Below are positions 31,794 to 43,195 of a stretch of DNA of 64,000 nt, piece by piece. The stretch comes from an uncultured Chloroflexia bacterium (lineage in GTDB: Bacteria; Chloroflexota; UBA6077; JACCZL01): positions 1 to 64,000 of the forward strand of contig CAVXYC010000011.1 of assembly GCA_963765765.1 (NCBI GenBank), given 5' to 3'. The position numbers and the translations under genes were made by a program. The notes under the pieces are model-generated. The model was given only the letters and a program-made list of their open reading frames with translations, was not told the DNA's origin and searched no databases. Within the stretch, counting starts at the first letter, position 1, and every line of letters starts with the position of its first letter.

Positions 31794-31820
31794 CCAGGGG
31801 CTTCGACCTCCTGGTTTTTT
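31794..31820 (+). terminator. Intrinsic terminator (riboswitch expression platform)
   Basis: CCAGGGG-CTTCGACC-TCCTGG followed by TTTTTT. Confidence 0.8.
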
Positions 31821-31923
31821 GTTGCTCAATTTTCGGGCAACGCGGCGACACCACTATCGCCTCCTCGTGTCAGCGGCTTTGACACGGTGAATCCAACAGC
31901 GGTTGCAAGGAGGATATGAATCG

Positions 31924-32613
31924 GTGCGAGGCGTACTAAACGCGGCCCTGCTTTTGACTGTAGTCGGGCTAGGAAGTGCCATCACGGCGTCACCGTTCAC
32001 GGCTGAGGCAGCAGGGCTCAAGGTAGGAAGCATCGTAACGGTCACGGGAACGGACGGGAGTGGCTTGCGCGTCCGCAGTGCCCCGGGAATCACAAACAAC
32101 GTACTGACGACGATCCGGGATGGACAGAAACTCGAGATTCTCGATGGTCCAGAAACCGCGGACGGCCTGGAATGGTACCAGGTCAAATCAGGATCAATCA
32201 GGGGCTGGTCAAATGGGAAGTACCTGGTAGCAGCACCGGCGGAGCGCGCTCCGAAGTCTGCAAGCCCCTATGATTCAGAGCTTGCAGCACCGATACCGGC
32301 TGTGCCCGCGGGTGCTCGAACGTTCGTCTCTCGGACGACAGGTTATGCTCGCGGCAACAAGGGCGTGGGTAGTAAGACAGCCACGGGCACCGCAGTGCGG
32401 TGGGGAACCGTCGCGGTAGACCCAAGCGTCATTTCGTTTGGGAGCCAACTCCTCATCGAGGGTTTTGATGGAGGGCTCTTCATCGCAGAGGATCGCGGGA
32501 GCGCCATCAAGGGCAGGCACGTGGACATCTTCTTTCCTGAAGCTGTTACCGCGACTAAGTACGGCTCCCAGCAACGCAAGGTGACCATCATCCGCGAGGG
32601 CTACGGGCGCTAG
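31924..32613 (+). CDS. Secreted SH3b + 3D domain protein (peptidoglycan lytic transglycosylase-like)
   Basis: VTGTDGSGLRVRSAPG..WYQV...GW (SH3b); TATGT..GTVAVDP.VI.FGS..AEDRGSAIKG.HVDIF (3D). Confidence 0.9.
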   Translation: MRGVLNAALLLTVVGLGSAITASPFTAEAAGLKVGSIVTVTGTDGSGLRVRSAPGITNNVLTTIRDGQKLEILDGPETADGLEWYQVKSGSIRGWSNGKYLVAAPAERAPKSASPYDSELAAPIPAVPAGARTFVSRTTGYARGNKGVGSKTATGTAVRWGTVAVDPSVISFGSQLLIEGFDGGLFIAEDRGSAIKGRHVDIFFPEAVTATKYGSQQRKVTIIREGYGR

Positions 32614-32844
32614 ACGCTTCCAGTCGCCAATCTAACATCGCTCCGATGATGCGGCTTGCAGTGCGCATGCGGGAGCGCCGCTTTGGATGGGATCCGAAAT
32701 AACCGACGTGGATCGCGAGAATTGAAAGCGGTGCTTCCGCACGCCCCACTCCAAGGCGCATCTAGGGTCAATCTTACGAATGCCCGGCTGCTCGCTCCTG
32801 ATTGACTGGTGGTGTGCAAACTACTTTAATGGACTGCCACCAGT

Positions 32845-33637
32845 ATGGCTTTAGTCGATCCGTACCGCAGCCTGCTACTGCTCCAGGAAGAGCAGGCTCA
32901 GCTATGTGCTCGCATAGACAGCCTTACGCCGGCCGATCTAGAAGCCCCATCGAACCTGCGGCGCTGGTCCGTACAGGATCTCATCGTGCACGTCAGCTGT
33001 GTGTGCGACGCGATCAACGCAGCCACTGCAGCGAGCCCTAGTTGGCGATAGGACCGGTATTTTCGGTGCAGAATGGCAGTCGCGGGAGCTTGCGATTCGG
33101 GCGCAGCCCCGAGACAGCTGGTGTGAGCTGCAGCGGAGCTCAGTGCGCCACATCGTTGAACGGGTCCAGAAGCTAAGCCTTTCGCAGCTCGAAGCGTGCA
33201 CGTTTCCACACACCATGGGAGAACGGTCCATACGCTGGTACTGCAGTCAGTTGTTGTCTGAAGTGGCCTTCCATCGCTGGGACCTGAACCGGTCTCTGGG
33301 AAATACCGGTCCGCTAGAAAACGCGCTTGCGGAGCAGTTGTTGCCATTTATGCTCGACGAGCATGAAGGGCTCTTCGCTCGTAGACGCTCCACTGGCGCA
33401 GATCAGAGCTTTATCGTCGGTACCCCTATGGATGCGTACTGGACGCTCGCGGTGACTGAGCGTGGCACTACTATTTCAGCAGGCCGTCACGGAAACAACC
33501 CGTTGATCGTAGCAGAGCCAGGCTGGCTCGCACTGGCGCTGTTTAGTCGGCTACGGATTGACGCCGCCTCGTTTTCCATCACTGGACCGGCCGATCTGCC
33601 GGATACGTTTGCCGCGGTATTCGGTCCCCGAACCTGA
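32845..33637 (+). CDS. Maleylpyruvate isomerase N-terminal (MDMPI) family protein (frameshift near 33020)
   Basis: APSNL..WSVQDLIVHV and EVAFHRWDL motifs. Confidence 0.75.
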
Positions 33638-33842
33638 CGCGGCATATGGAGCACGGAGAGCGATACACGCGCGACTCCGCACTCCTGGAAGTTTCCTACA
33701 TAGATTGCGCCACCGATATCGCCGTGCTAGAGCGCCCACACCGTCAAATCTGATTACGGCCCGGCGATCCCGGCGACGACCGCACGGAGCGGGCAGAGTC
33801 ACCCCATAAGGGCGACCACATAGCGATCGTGCGCCGGGGGCG

Positions 33843-35093
33843 CTAGAGATCAGCCTTGCTGAGCGTGGTCAGGAAGTCCAAGTTGCTCGGGGTTTTGGAT
33901 AGACGATTCAAGAGCAGGTCAATGCTGTTGGCATCGCCGATCTGGGCCAGCATGCGACGCATCGTCCAGACCATGCGCAGCGTGGTGTCGTCCAGCAGAA
34001 GCTCCTCTCGCCGCGTACCTGAGCGGAGAACATCGAGCGCTGGGAAAATTCGTCGCTCGGCGAGCTTTCGATCGAGAATGAGCTCGGCGTTGCCCGTGCC
34101 CTTGAACTCCTCATAGATGACATCGTCCATTCGGGAGCCCGTGTCTACGAGCGCGGTGGCTAGGATAGTGAGGGAGCCGGAGTCCTCCAGCTTACGAGCC
34201 GCGCCAAAAAATCGCTTGGGTGGATAGAGAGCGACAGGGTCAATACCGCCTGACAATGTGCGACCGCTCGGAGGAACCGCGAGGTTGTAGGCGCGCGTCA
34301 GTCTCGTAATGGAGTCGAGCACAATGCAGACGTCCCGACCGCCTTCCACCAACCGTTTGGCGCGGTTGAGTGCCATTTCAGCGACGGTCGTGTGATCCTC
34401 CACCGGCTCATCGAAGGTGCTGGCAACAACTTCCGCATCCACAGATCGACGGAAATCGGTGACCTCTTCAGGCCGCTCACCCACTAACACGGCCATGATG
34501 TGCACTTCGGGATGATTGGCAGTGATGCCGTTGGCAATCTGCTTCAAAATGGTCGTCTTACCAGCCTTTGGCGGTGAGACGATTAGACCGCGCTGGCCCT
34601 TACCGATCGGTGACACCAGGTCGATGAGGCGCTGGGTCACGTTCTTGGGGTCGGACTCGAGCTTCAGCTGCTCCTGCGGAAAGATCGGCGTGAGCGCATC
34701 GAAATGCGGCCGCTGACGAGCCACATCCGGGCTCATGTCATTGACCAGCTCCACACGTAGCAGGCCGAAGTACTTCTCCGAGTCCTTGGGCGGGCGAACG
34801 TGGCCTGTGACGAAGTCGCCGGTTCGCAGTCCAAAGCGACGGATCTGCGACTGAGAGACATACACGTCAGACGAGCCCGGTAGGAATCGCTGCTGACGCA
34901 GGAAGCCGTATCCGTCCTCTACGACGTCGAGAACACCTGACGCCGCGACATCACCCTTGCCATCACCCTGAGACTGAAGGAGCCGGTAGACAAGCTCTGG
35001 CTTCTTGAGGTTCGCGGCATTCGAGATACCGGCCTCACGGGCGATCTCTGTGAGCTCATCGCGGCTCTTGGATTCGAGTTCTGTTATGTTCAC
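33843..35093 (-). CDS. rho: Transcription termination factor Rho
   Basis: [69 protein letters not shown]. Confidence 0.98.
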   Translation of the reverse strand: MNITELESKSRDELTEIAREAGISNAANLKKPELVYRLLQSQGDGKGDVAASGVLDVVEDGYGFLRQQRFLPGSSDVYVSQSQIRRFGLRTGDFVTGHVRPPKDSEKYFGLLRVELVNDMSPDVARQRPHFDALTPIFPQEQLKLESDPKNVTQRLIDLVSPIGKGQRGLIVSPPKAGKTTILKQIANGITANHPEVHIMAVLVGERPEEVTDFRRSVDAEVVASTFDEPVEDHTTVAEMALNRAKRLVEGGRDVCIVLDSITRLTRAYNLAVPPSGRTLSGGIDPVALYPPKRFFGAARKLEDSGSLTILATALVDTGSRMDDVIYEEFKGTGNAELILDRKLAERRIFPALDVLRSGTRREELLLDDTTLRMVWTMRRMLAQIGDANSIDLLLNRLSKTPSNLDFLTTLSKADL

Positions 35094-35523
35094 CGAGCGG
35101 ACTCCGAGTGAAGGGGTGTGGTGGCGGAGCGAGGGAGCTTATCCCTGGTTGCTCACGGGGCGTGCGTCGTCTCTGCGCGACACGTGCGGCGATCGAATCA
35201 AATTCTTTTGAAACGAAACACTCGAAAGTGGAGCAGCGCGATTCGCGGTTCCGAAGAGAGGAAGAAACGCTCAGGAAGGCACAGCGTGGACCGGGCCGGA
35301 TGGCCGCCAGATGTGCGATGCCGAATTATAACAACGGAAGTGACTGCGCCGTCAATAGCAATCGCCGATGGAGATTACTTGACCCACGCGCGTTCAAGAC
35401 CGCTGCTGCGCTTCTCATGTTCATCAACGCATCACGGCTCACCTGCGGGATCGATTGGAGCCGGGCGCTCGCGATTCAGACGAACGGCACTGTAGGCGTA
35501 TTCACTTGTAACCGCGCGGGGCG

Positions 35524-36396
35524 TCATTCAGCCGAGACGGGCGACTGGACGACAGCCTCAATTGCGCTGGCATATGTATTCGCTACACTGCGGATGGTTT
35601 GCTCCGCCTCCGATGCAGCGCCGGCGAGTAGCTTGAGCACGATGCCGCCGCCTCCCGGCAGCACAGCGGCGGACGCGCATTGCTCGCCACGCTCGCTGGG
35701 AACATCGATCGAATCGAGCAGGTCTTCCGAGCTCACGATGTTAGTTACCGCGATGAGCGTGCCGATTGCCGCTACGCCGCCTGCAAGAATTCCCGTTGCA
35801 TCCAACGAGCGTTCTAGCGGATTCAACCGATATGACTCGATGTACAGCTCAGGACCAGACGGCCGCCGAACGGTCAAGTTCAAGGTGAGCGAGCGGAACT
35901 CCAATCGCTCTCCGGATTGGACCCGCCCTAAGCTAAGCACGTCTCCATAAATCGCCGTACCTCCATGCGCCACGATGAGCTCAACGCATTGATCGAGGCA
36001 CGAGGTACGAAACGGGATTAGTGACCTGGGCAGATACTCCAGCACCCCGGCATCTCCCACAGCGAGCTTGAGGGTCTGTTCGGCATGCCCGCCTGACATG
36101 GCAAACACCTTGGTAGCTGCCTGTGTCGTGACCTGCGCTCGTGCGCCGGGCGCCACGCGTACGTCGACCATGTGTCGATCGCCGGCCAGCAGTCCTGCCG
36201 TCGGATTGGCCAGGATGACGTGCGCCATGTCCGGTCGACGCTCATCAGAATATAGCGCCCGTTGAACGGTGAGCGGGCTGCGGGTTCGAAGCTCGGTCAG
36301 CCGCGTACGTCCGTCGCGAGGTTCGAAACGAAGCTCCGCGAGGCCGTGCTGCGATGAGTGAAGCTCAGGCGGCGCGGCAGTTGGAGTCGCGGTCAC
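35524..36396 (-). CDS. ureD: Urease accessory protein UreD
   Basis: [43 protein letters not shown]; operon context. Confidence 0.9.
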   Translation of the reverse strand: MTATPTAAPPELHSSQHGLAELRFEPRDGRTRLTELRTRSPLTVQRALYSDERRPDMAHVILANPTAGLLAGDRHMVDVRVAPGARAQVTTQAATKVFAMSGGHAEQTLKLAVGDAGVLEYLPRSLIPFRTSCLDQCVELIVAHGGTAIYGDVLSLGRVQSGERLEFRSLTLNLTVRRPSGPELYIESYRLNPLERSLDATGILAGGVAAIGTLIAVTNIVSSEDLLDSIDVPSERGEQCASAAVLPGGGGIVLKLLAGAASEAEQTIRSVANTYASAIEAVVQSPVSAE

Positions 36397-37059
36397 GCCT
36401 GCACATGATGATGTGAGACGGTTTCGATGATTCGCGCCAGGACTGCATCGAGACCTTCACCTGTGCGGCAGTTCGTGAACAGGAACGGCTTCCCGTCGCG
36501 GACAAGCTCGGCATCACGTCGCATGACTTCGAGGTCGGCCCCCACGTGAGGGGCCAGGTCCGTCTTGTTGATCACCAACAAATCGGTCTCAGTGATACCC
36601 TGGCCGCGCTTTCGAGGATCTTGTCACCGGCGGCCACATCGATCACGTAGAGCTGATAGTCGGCCAGCGCGGGACTGAAGGTGAGCGTCAGATTGTCGCC
36701 GCCGCTCTCGATCAGGATGAGATCGGCATCCGGATAGGCCTGCTCCAGCTCCTCTGCCGCCAGCAGATTGAGGCCGGGGTCCTCACGCACCGCCGTGTGA
36801 GGACAAGTGCCTGTCTCCACACCACGAATTCGTGCGGAGTCGAGCACGCCTGCGAGTGTTCGTGTGACGTGATTGGCATCCTCACGAGTGAAGATGTCAT
36901 TGGTGATCACCAGGGGCTGAAGACCCTCATCGAGCAGGCGAGGGACAAGGGCTTCGATGAGCGCGGTCTTGCCCGAGCCAACGGGGCCGCCTACACCGAT
37001 GCGGGGAACAGGGCCGTGTGCTGGTGGCTCGCGAACGAATCTTCGTGGACGTGCGTCAC
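36393..37059 (-). CDS. ureG: Urease accessory GTPase UreG (frameshifted in this read)
   Basis: [52 protein letters not shown]. Confidence 0.93.
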
Positions 37060-37297
37060 TCTACTCCACACTTCACTCGATTGTTGAAACGCAGCGAGTG
37101 AGGCGAATGCTTATGGTTGGCGGCCTGTCTAATCATAGCCACGCTCACAATGAGACTTTGGACCGCGGCGGCCTTCGCCGCTTTTCCCGAGGCTGGAAGC
37201 CGCTCCACAGCATCGCTCTGCTCGGAAGGGAAAGCGCAAAGACCGCCGTAGTCCAAAGTGGGCGGGCTTTCGCTAGAAAGGGGCTTGCAAACCATGA

Positions 37298-38002
37298 TCA
37301 GCTCGCAAACATCCGCAAATCGTCGTGTACGTGTCCCATTGACGCGATATCCAGCTCGGGGGTGAACGCGGTCATAGCCCGCCATGGGCGAGCATGCACC
37401 GATTCCAGGTCGTCCTGAATAGCGCCCTGCACGCGAAACATCAAGCCCTGACAGTCCGTATTGCTGATTGGCAGCAATCGAATTGCCGCACTGACCACCC
37501 CAGTAGCGTATCCATGGACATACCCGGCCAGAGCAAGATCAACACCGATATCCAATGCACTAGTGACCGCTCCTAACACCACCGCGCCGGTTCCAGGAGC
37601 CATCCGCTGCAAAACCCGACTACGATACGCGCCAAGTATCCTATCGTCGGAGAAGGCGACGGATTCCGCGAGCAGCCGCCGGCCGTGCTGCTGGGATGCT
37701 ACCCGCAGCTCTGGCGCGATCTTCATCAGGACCAGCCGCCGGTCGATGCCGACGAGCTCGTCCAGAGCTCCCGCCTGGTGAGCCCGGTGAGCATTGACGA
37801 GCGCCACACAGTCGGACGGAATGACCGCGTGTGTCAACGTCGATAAGCTGATTTGCTCAAGGTCTGCCAGCGTCTTGACCCGACCGCGTCGCACCATACC
37901 TTCCAGTCCCAACGAGTGTGCAAACATCCCGGTTGGAAAGAACGAGTCGGTGAGCTGAAGCAACGCTAGAAGGCTTGTGGACGATGGGCGGCCTTCACTC
38001 AT
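37298..38002 (-). CDS. ureF: Urease accessory protein UreF
   Basis: [40 protein letters not shown]. Confidence 0.93.
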   Translation of the reverse strand: MSEGRPSSTSLLALLQLTDSFFPTGMFAHSLGLEGMVRRGRVKTLADLEQISLSTLTHAVIPSDCVALVNAHRAHQAGALDELVGIDRRLVLMKIAPELRVASQQHGRRLLAESVAFSDDRILGAYRSRVLQRMAPGTGAVVLGAVTSALDIGVDLALAGYVHGYATGVVSAAIRLLPISNTDCQGLMFRVQGAIQDDLESVHARPWRAMTAFTPELDIASMGHVHDDLRMFAS

Positions 38003-39718
38003 ACGAGGAAGAACTTCTGGGCCAGGCTCAGGCGAGTGGCGGGCGGCACCGTTGCAAGCTCGCCGTCCACGCGCACCTCGTAGGTATCGGCGTTCACATC
38101 AATACGTGGAGTTCGATCGTTGCGGACCATGTCGCGCTTAGAAATGGATCGGCAGTTCCTGACCGGCTCGATAATGCGTCGCAAGCCGAGTTGGTCCTGT
38201 ACACCGATCTCGTAGCCTGCCTGGGACAGGAAGGTCACGGAAGTGCGGCTCAATGCAGGACCGAGCGCCCCGAATTGCGGCCGGTAGAACTGCGGCTCGC
38301 ACGTCGGCACCGATGCGTTTGGATCCCCCATGACGGCCCAGTTGATCATGCCGCCTTTGATGACCATTTTCGGCTTGGCACCAAACGAGCCAACGGGCCA
38401 GAGAACGATGTCCGCCAGCTTGCCCGGCTCCAGCGAGCCGACCATGTGGCCGATTCCGTGTGTCACGGCAGGGTTGATCGTCAGCTTGGCCAGGTAGCGC
38501 AATACTCGGAAGTTGTCATGCTCGGCCGCGTCCTCCTGGAGCTTCCCCTTCATCTGACGCATCTTGTCCGCCGTCTGGAAGAGACGCGTGAACGTCTCGC
38601 CCACACGCCCCATCGCCTGTGAGTCGGACGAGTACATGCTGATCACGCCCAGATCGTGTAGCACATCCTCTGCCGCCATGGTCTCAGGACGAATCCGGCT
38701 CTCCGCGAACGCGACGTCCTCAGCCACGCCGGGATTCAGATGGTGGCAGACCATCAACATGTCCATGTGCTCCGCGAGCGTATTGACCGTGTACGGCCGC
38801 GTCGGATTGGTCGAAGACGGCAGCACGTTGAGCTCCGCCGCGATCTTGATAATGTCCGGCGCATGGCCACCGCCGGCGCCCTCAGTGTGAAAGGTGTGGA
38901 TGGTGCGACCAGCGATAGCGGCGATGGTGTCATCGACGTAGCCAGCCTCGTTCAGCGTATCCGTGTGGATCGCCACCTGAACGTCGAGCTGATCGGCGAC
39001 GCTGAGACAAGTATCTATCGCCGCCGGCGTGGTGCCCCAGTCCTCGTGCAGCTTGAGCCCACACACGCCAGCGCGCACTTGCTCGATGAGCGGCGCGGCG
39101 GCGCTAGCGTTGCCTTTGCCAAGAAGGCCCCAGTTCACCGGCAGCGACTCAGCAGCCTCTAGCATCCGGGCAATGTTCCAGGGTCCGGGGGTGCAGGTGG
39201 TGGCCCGCGTGCCATCTGCCGGCCCCGTTCCACCGCCAATCAGCGTCGTGATCCCGTTGGACAGCGCATCGTAGACCTGATGCGGCGTGATCATGTGGAT
39301 GTGCGTATCGATGCCGCCGGGTGTGGCGATCAGATGCTCGCCAGCGATGACCTCTGTGCCGGGTCCTACCACCATATCTGGGTCGATCCCGTCCATAATC
39401 CCGGGATTGCCGGCGTTGCCAACACCAACGATGCGACCGTCCTTGATTCCTATGTCGGCCTTGAGGATCCCCAGCACCGGGTCCATCACGATGGCATTGG
39501 TGATCACCAGATCCAACGCACCGTCCGCGTTAGTCACGCTCGACGACTGGCCCATCCCGTCTCGCGCCGTCTTGCCGCCACCGAAAACTAGCTCATCGCC
39601 GTGCGTCAAGCAGGTCACGCTCCACCTGACAGATCAGCTCGGTGTCCGCAAGGCGAAATCCATCGCCCGCTGTCGGACCATAGAGCTCGGCGTAGTGTTG
39701 TCGACTGATCTCGGCCAT
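37999..39718 (-). CDS. ureC: Urease subunit alpha (frameshift near 39615)
   Basis: [69 protein letters not shown]. Confidence 0.97.
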
Positions 39719-40108
39719 TAGCTCCCGCCCTCCACCGGCACATCGGAAAATCCGCGCTCGCGAGCCAGGGCCGTCACACGATCTCGATCTTGCTCACTGG
39801 TGGTCGAACCTTGAGTTAGCCCATTGAGGCCTTCCACGTATCGTGTCCCGCCAAGCTCAACCAGCTCGACAGATTTCGAATCGCCCGGCTCAAAACGCAC
39901 CGCCGTACCCGCGGGTATGTTCAGTCGCATGCCGAACGACGCCGACCCGATCGAACCGCAGGGCTCGGTTTACTTCAATGAAGTGGAAGTGCGATCCGAC
40001 CTGAATGGCTCGATCGCCAGTATTCGCCACCGTGACGCTGACCGTGCGGCGGCCCGGATTGAGCTGGATGGGCTCAGAACCGACGATGTAGTTTGCAGTC
40101 TCAGACAT
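39718..40108 (-). CDS. ureB: Urease subunit beta (frameshift near 39940)
   Basis: [39 protein letters not shown]. Confidence 0.95.
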
Positions 40109-40116
40109 CCCGCGGC

Positions 40117-40419
40117 TCAGACAATCGGTTCATGGCATGACACCAGCTTGGTTCCGTCCGTGAACGTCGCTTCAACCTGTACGAGTGGAATCAGCTCTGA
40201 GACGCCGTCCATGACCTCGGCGCGCGTCAAGACTTGCCGACCCAACGCCATGACTTCAGTCACGGACTTCCCGTCCCGTGCGCCCTCGAGCAGCGCCTCA
40301 GTGATGAGCGCAACCGATTCGGGGACATTGAGCTTGAGTCCGCGTGCGCGGCGCTTTCGAGCCAGGTCGGCAGCCACGTAAACGAGCAGTTTTTCCTGCT
40401 CGCGCGGCGTGAGCATCAT
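40117..40419 (-). CDS. ureA: Urease subunit gamma
   Basis: [35 protein letters not shown]. Confidence 0.97.
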   Translation of the reverse strand: MMLTPREQEKLLVYVAADLARKRRARGLKLNVPESVALITEALLEGARDGKSVTEVMALGRQVLTRAEVMDGVSELIPLVQVEATFTDGTKLVSCHEPIV

Positions 40420-40478
40420 GGTGAATCGTCCTCAGCTAGGAATTTGTGGTGCGAAGGGTAGCACGCGTTCAGCCGCGA

Positions 40479-40567
40479 GAGGACGGAGATGTCAAAGGTC
40501 AGAGGTCAAGGGGAGTCGTGGAGATCGGAGCCGTCCTTGACCTCTAACCTCTGACCTCTCCGTCCTC
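40479..40567. repeat. Intergenic hairpin made of 7-bp (AGAGGTC-like) tandem units between urtE and ureA
   Basis: GAGGACGGAGATGTCAAAGGTCAGAGGTCAAGG / CCTTGACCTCTAACCTCTGACCTCTCCGTCCTC. Confidence 0.8.
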
Positions 40568-41282
40568 ACACCGCCAGATACTCGTCGATCACTGCCTGAT
40601 CCAGCGCCGCGGTTGCACCCTGCTCCACCACCGAGCCGCGATCTAGGACGACGTACTCATCGCACGTTGCTACTGCGAAGTCGACGAACTGCTCGACAAG
40701 GAGCAGCGCAATGCCGCGTCGGTGAAGCTGGACGAGCACTTCCTCGATGAGCTGGACGATGGATGGCTGGATACCTTCCGTCGGCTCATCGAGCAGAAGC
40801 AAGCGCGGCTTGCTGACGAGCGCCCGCGCAATTGCGAGCTGCTGTTGCTGGCCGCCGCTCAGCGTTCCCGCGACACGCTGACGCATGTCACGCAGCACGG
40901 GAAACAGCTCGTAGACCTCTTCCAGGCTCTCTTGATGCTCGGCCGAACTCAGCTTAGAACGCGATTCGAAACCCATCAGAATGTTCTCGAACACTGACAA
41001 GTGCGGAAAGATTCCTCGCCCTTGGGGCACGTATCCGATTCCCAGACGGGCTCGTTCTTCTGGGCGCTTGGTGGTGATGTCATGGCCATCGACGACCATG
41101 TGTCCTGAGCGAACCTTGACAAGCCCCATGATGCTCTTGATCAGCGTCGTCTTCCCAACGCCGTTGCGCCCAATGAGACATACCGCGTGCCCCGCGGGAA
41201 TCTCCAGCGACACATCCCTCAGGACACGGCTTTCACCGTAGCCCGCGCGGATGCCTTCTATAGATAGAAGCGGCTGAGCCAT
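40566..41282 (-). CDS. urtE: Urea ABC transporter ATP-binding subunit UrtE
   Basis: GRNGVGKTT, YVPQGR.IFP, LSGGQQQQLAIARAL, LDEPTEGIQPS. Confidence 0.93.
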   Translation of the reverse strand: MAQPLLSIEGIRAGYGESRVLRDVSLEIPAGHAVCLIGRNGVGKTTLIKSIMGLVKVRSGHMVVDGHDITTKRPEERARLGIGYVPQGRGIFPHLSVFENILMGFESRSKLSSAEHQESLEEVYELFPVLRDMRQRVAGTLSGGQQQQLAIARALVSKPRLLLLDEPTEGIQPSIVQLIEEVLVQLHRRGIALLLVEQFVDFAVATCDEYVVLDRGSVVEQGATAALDQAVIDEYLAV

Positions 41283-41311
41283 GATCTCCTCATCGCGCAA
41301 AGTCAAATTGA

Positions 41312-42073
41312 TCACGCGGCTTTGCGCTGGTTGTGACCGAGATACGCGTCGATGACACGCGGGTCAGCTTGAACCTCTTCCAGCGAACCCTCGCTGAGTA
41401 CCGAGCCGAGGTGTAGCACGGTCACGATGCTGGCAAGCTGCCGCACGAACGCCATGTCATGCTCCACGATCAAGAGCGTCCGATCAGGATGCGCCGCCAG
41501 TACGCGGCGGAACAGCTCCGCGGTACGCTCGCGCTCGCCTCCACTCATGCCCGCCACCGGCTCATCGAGAAGGAGCAGCCGCGGATCCTGAACTAGCAGC
41601 ATGGCGATCTCCAGCCACTGTTTCTCACCATGAGACAGAATGCCAGCGCGCGTCGTGGAGCGATTCCATAGCCCGGAAAGCTCCAGAGTCTCGGCAATAC
41701 GATCGCTCTGTTCGCTGGGCATCTTCTTGAGCGCTGCGAATAGGCCCGTCTTGGCCCCAACCACCACTTCCATGTTCTGCCAGACCGTCAGACTGGGGAA
41801 GATCGTGGGAGTCTGAAATTTTCGACCGATCCCCATTCGTGCAATCTCATGCTCCTGGTGACCGAGCAGCTTGCGGCCCTCGAATTCCACCGAGCCTCCA
41901 GTTGGCTTGGTTCGCCCGGTAATGATGTCCAGCAAGGTGGTCTTGCCCGCGCCGTTTGGACCAATGATGAAACGCAGCTCGCCGCGCTCCAGCGTCAACG
42001 AGAGCTTGTCCAGCACTGTCAGTCCATCGAAGCTAACGGACAGCTCTCGAAGCTCGAGTCGAGGATTGATCAT
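41312..42073 (-). CDS. urtD: Urea ABC transporter ATP-binding subunit UrtD
   Basis: IIGPNGAGKTT, GIGRKFQTP, LSHGEKQWLEI, LDEPVAGM. Confidence 0.93.
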   Translation of the reverse strand: MINPRLELRELSVSFDGLTVLDKLSLTLERGELRFIIGPNGAGKTTLLDIITGRTKPTGGSVEFEGRKLLGHQEHEIARMGIGRKFQTPTIFPSLTVWQNMEVVVGAKTGLFAALKKMPSEQSDRIAETLELSGLWNRSTTRAGILSHGEKQWLEIAMLLVQDPRLLLLDEPVAGMSGGERERTAELFRRVLAAHPDRTLLIVEHDMAFVRQLASIVTVLHLGSVLSEGSLEEVQADPRVIDAYLGHNQRKAA

Positions 42074-43194
42074 GACTGAACCTCCGCGGCGCGATGGATT
42101 GGCGCCGGGCCGACTTCTGGAGTGGGTACCAGCTCAATCTGCGAGCGCGGCGATGTGAACCGATGGAACAACTGGACTACCGCGCCCACCAGGCCCTGCG
42201 GGAACAAGACCACGGCCCCAATGAAGAGCGCACCCAGGAAATACTGCCAGATATCGGGGAACGACTCGCTCAATCCGCTCTTCGCAGCGTTGACCAGCAA
42301 GGCGCCGACAATCGGACCAACCAGTGTGGCCCGTCCACCCACGGCCACCCAAATCACCATTTCAATAGAGGGAACGATGCCCATGTTCGCCGGGGAGATG
42401 ATCCCAACCTGGGCCACGAAGAGCGCTCCCGCAACGCCGGCAATCGCCGCCGAAAGCATGAAGACTCCGAGTTTCACGTGGGCGAGGTCATATCCGAAGA
42501 ACCGCAAACGGTCCTCGTTGTCGCGACTACTGATGAGCACCCTCCCCGCTCTCGAGGCCGTGAACCACCGAAGCGCGCCATAGGTCAACGCCAGCGCAAC
42601 CACGGTTACGCAGAAGAGACCATATTGCACTGCTGGATCGGTCAACGGCAGACCGAACAGCGTGCTGAAGTTGGTCAGCCCATTGGTGCCGCCTGTGAAG
42701 GGCTGCTGTCCCACAAACAGGAGCGTGGCGATAAGCGCCAGCGCCTGAGTGATGATCGAGAAGTAAACGCCCTGAACACGCCCGCGGAACACCAGCAAGC
42801 CTAGCACCGCGGCCAGCGCCGCGGGGAGCACAAGAACCATGAGAAGTGCAAACCAGTGTTGCCCGAAGGGTGCCCAGAACCAGGGGAGCTCACGCAAGCC
42901 GCTCCAGCCCATGAAGTCCGGAAGACCGTCTTTGGCGGCCTCTAGCTTCATGTTCATCGCCAGCGCGTAGGCGCCCAGGCCAAAGAATACGCCGTGCCCC
43001 AGACTCAGCATGCCAGCGTAGCCCCAGGCGAGATCAATGGCCAATGCCACCATGGCGTACGTAAGGAACTTGGCCAGTAGGCCCATTCGAAAATCGGTAA
43101 GAAGCGCCGGCCCGCCGAAGATGAGCAGGGCGCTGATGGCGACGACCAGCGCCACCTCAATCGTGCTACGACGCGCGGACATTGCCTTCAGCAT
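42070..43194 (-). CDS. urtC: Urea ABC transporter permease UrtC
   Basis: DLAWGYAGMLSLGHG.FFGLG, LPDFM.W, GVYFSIITQAL, SIEMVIWVAVGGR. Confidence 0.93.
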   Translation of the reverse strand: MLKAMSARRSTIEVALVVAISALLIFGGPALLTDFRMGLLAKFLTYAMVALAIDLAWGYAGMLSLGHGVFFGLGAYALAMNMKLEAAKDGLPDFMGWSGLRELPWFWAPFGQHWFALLMVLVLPAALAAVLGLLVFRGRVQGVYFSIITQALALIATLLFVGQQPFTGGTNGLTNFSTLFGLPLTDPAVQYGLFCVTVVALALTYGALRWFTASRAGRVLISSRDNEDRLRFFGYDLAHVKLGVFMLSAAIAGVAGALFVAQVGIISPANMGIVPSIEMVIWVAVGGRATLVGPIVGALLVNAAKSGLSESFPDIWQYFLGALFIGAVVLFPQGLVGAVVQLFHRFTSPRSQIELVPTPEVGPAPIHRAAEVQS

Positions 43195-43195
43195 G

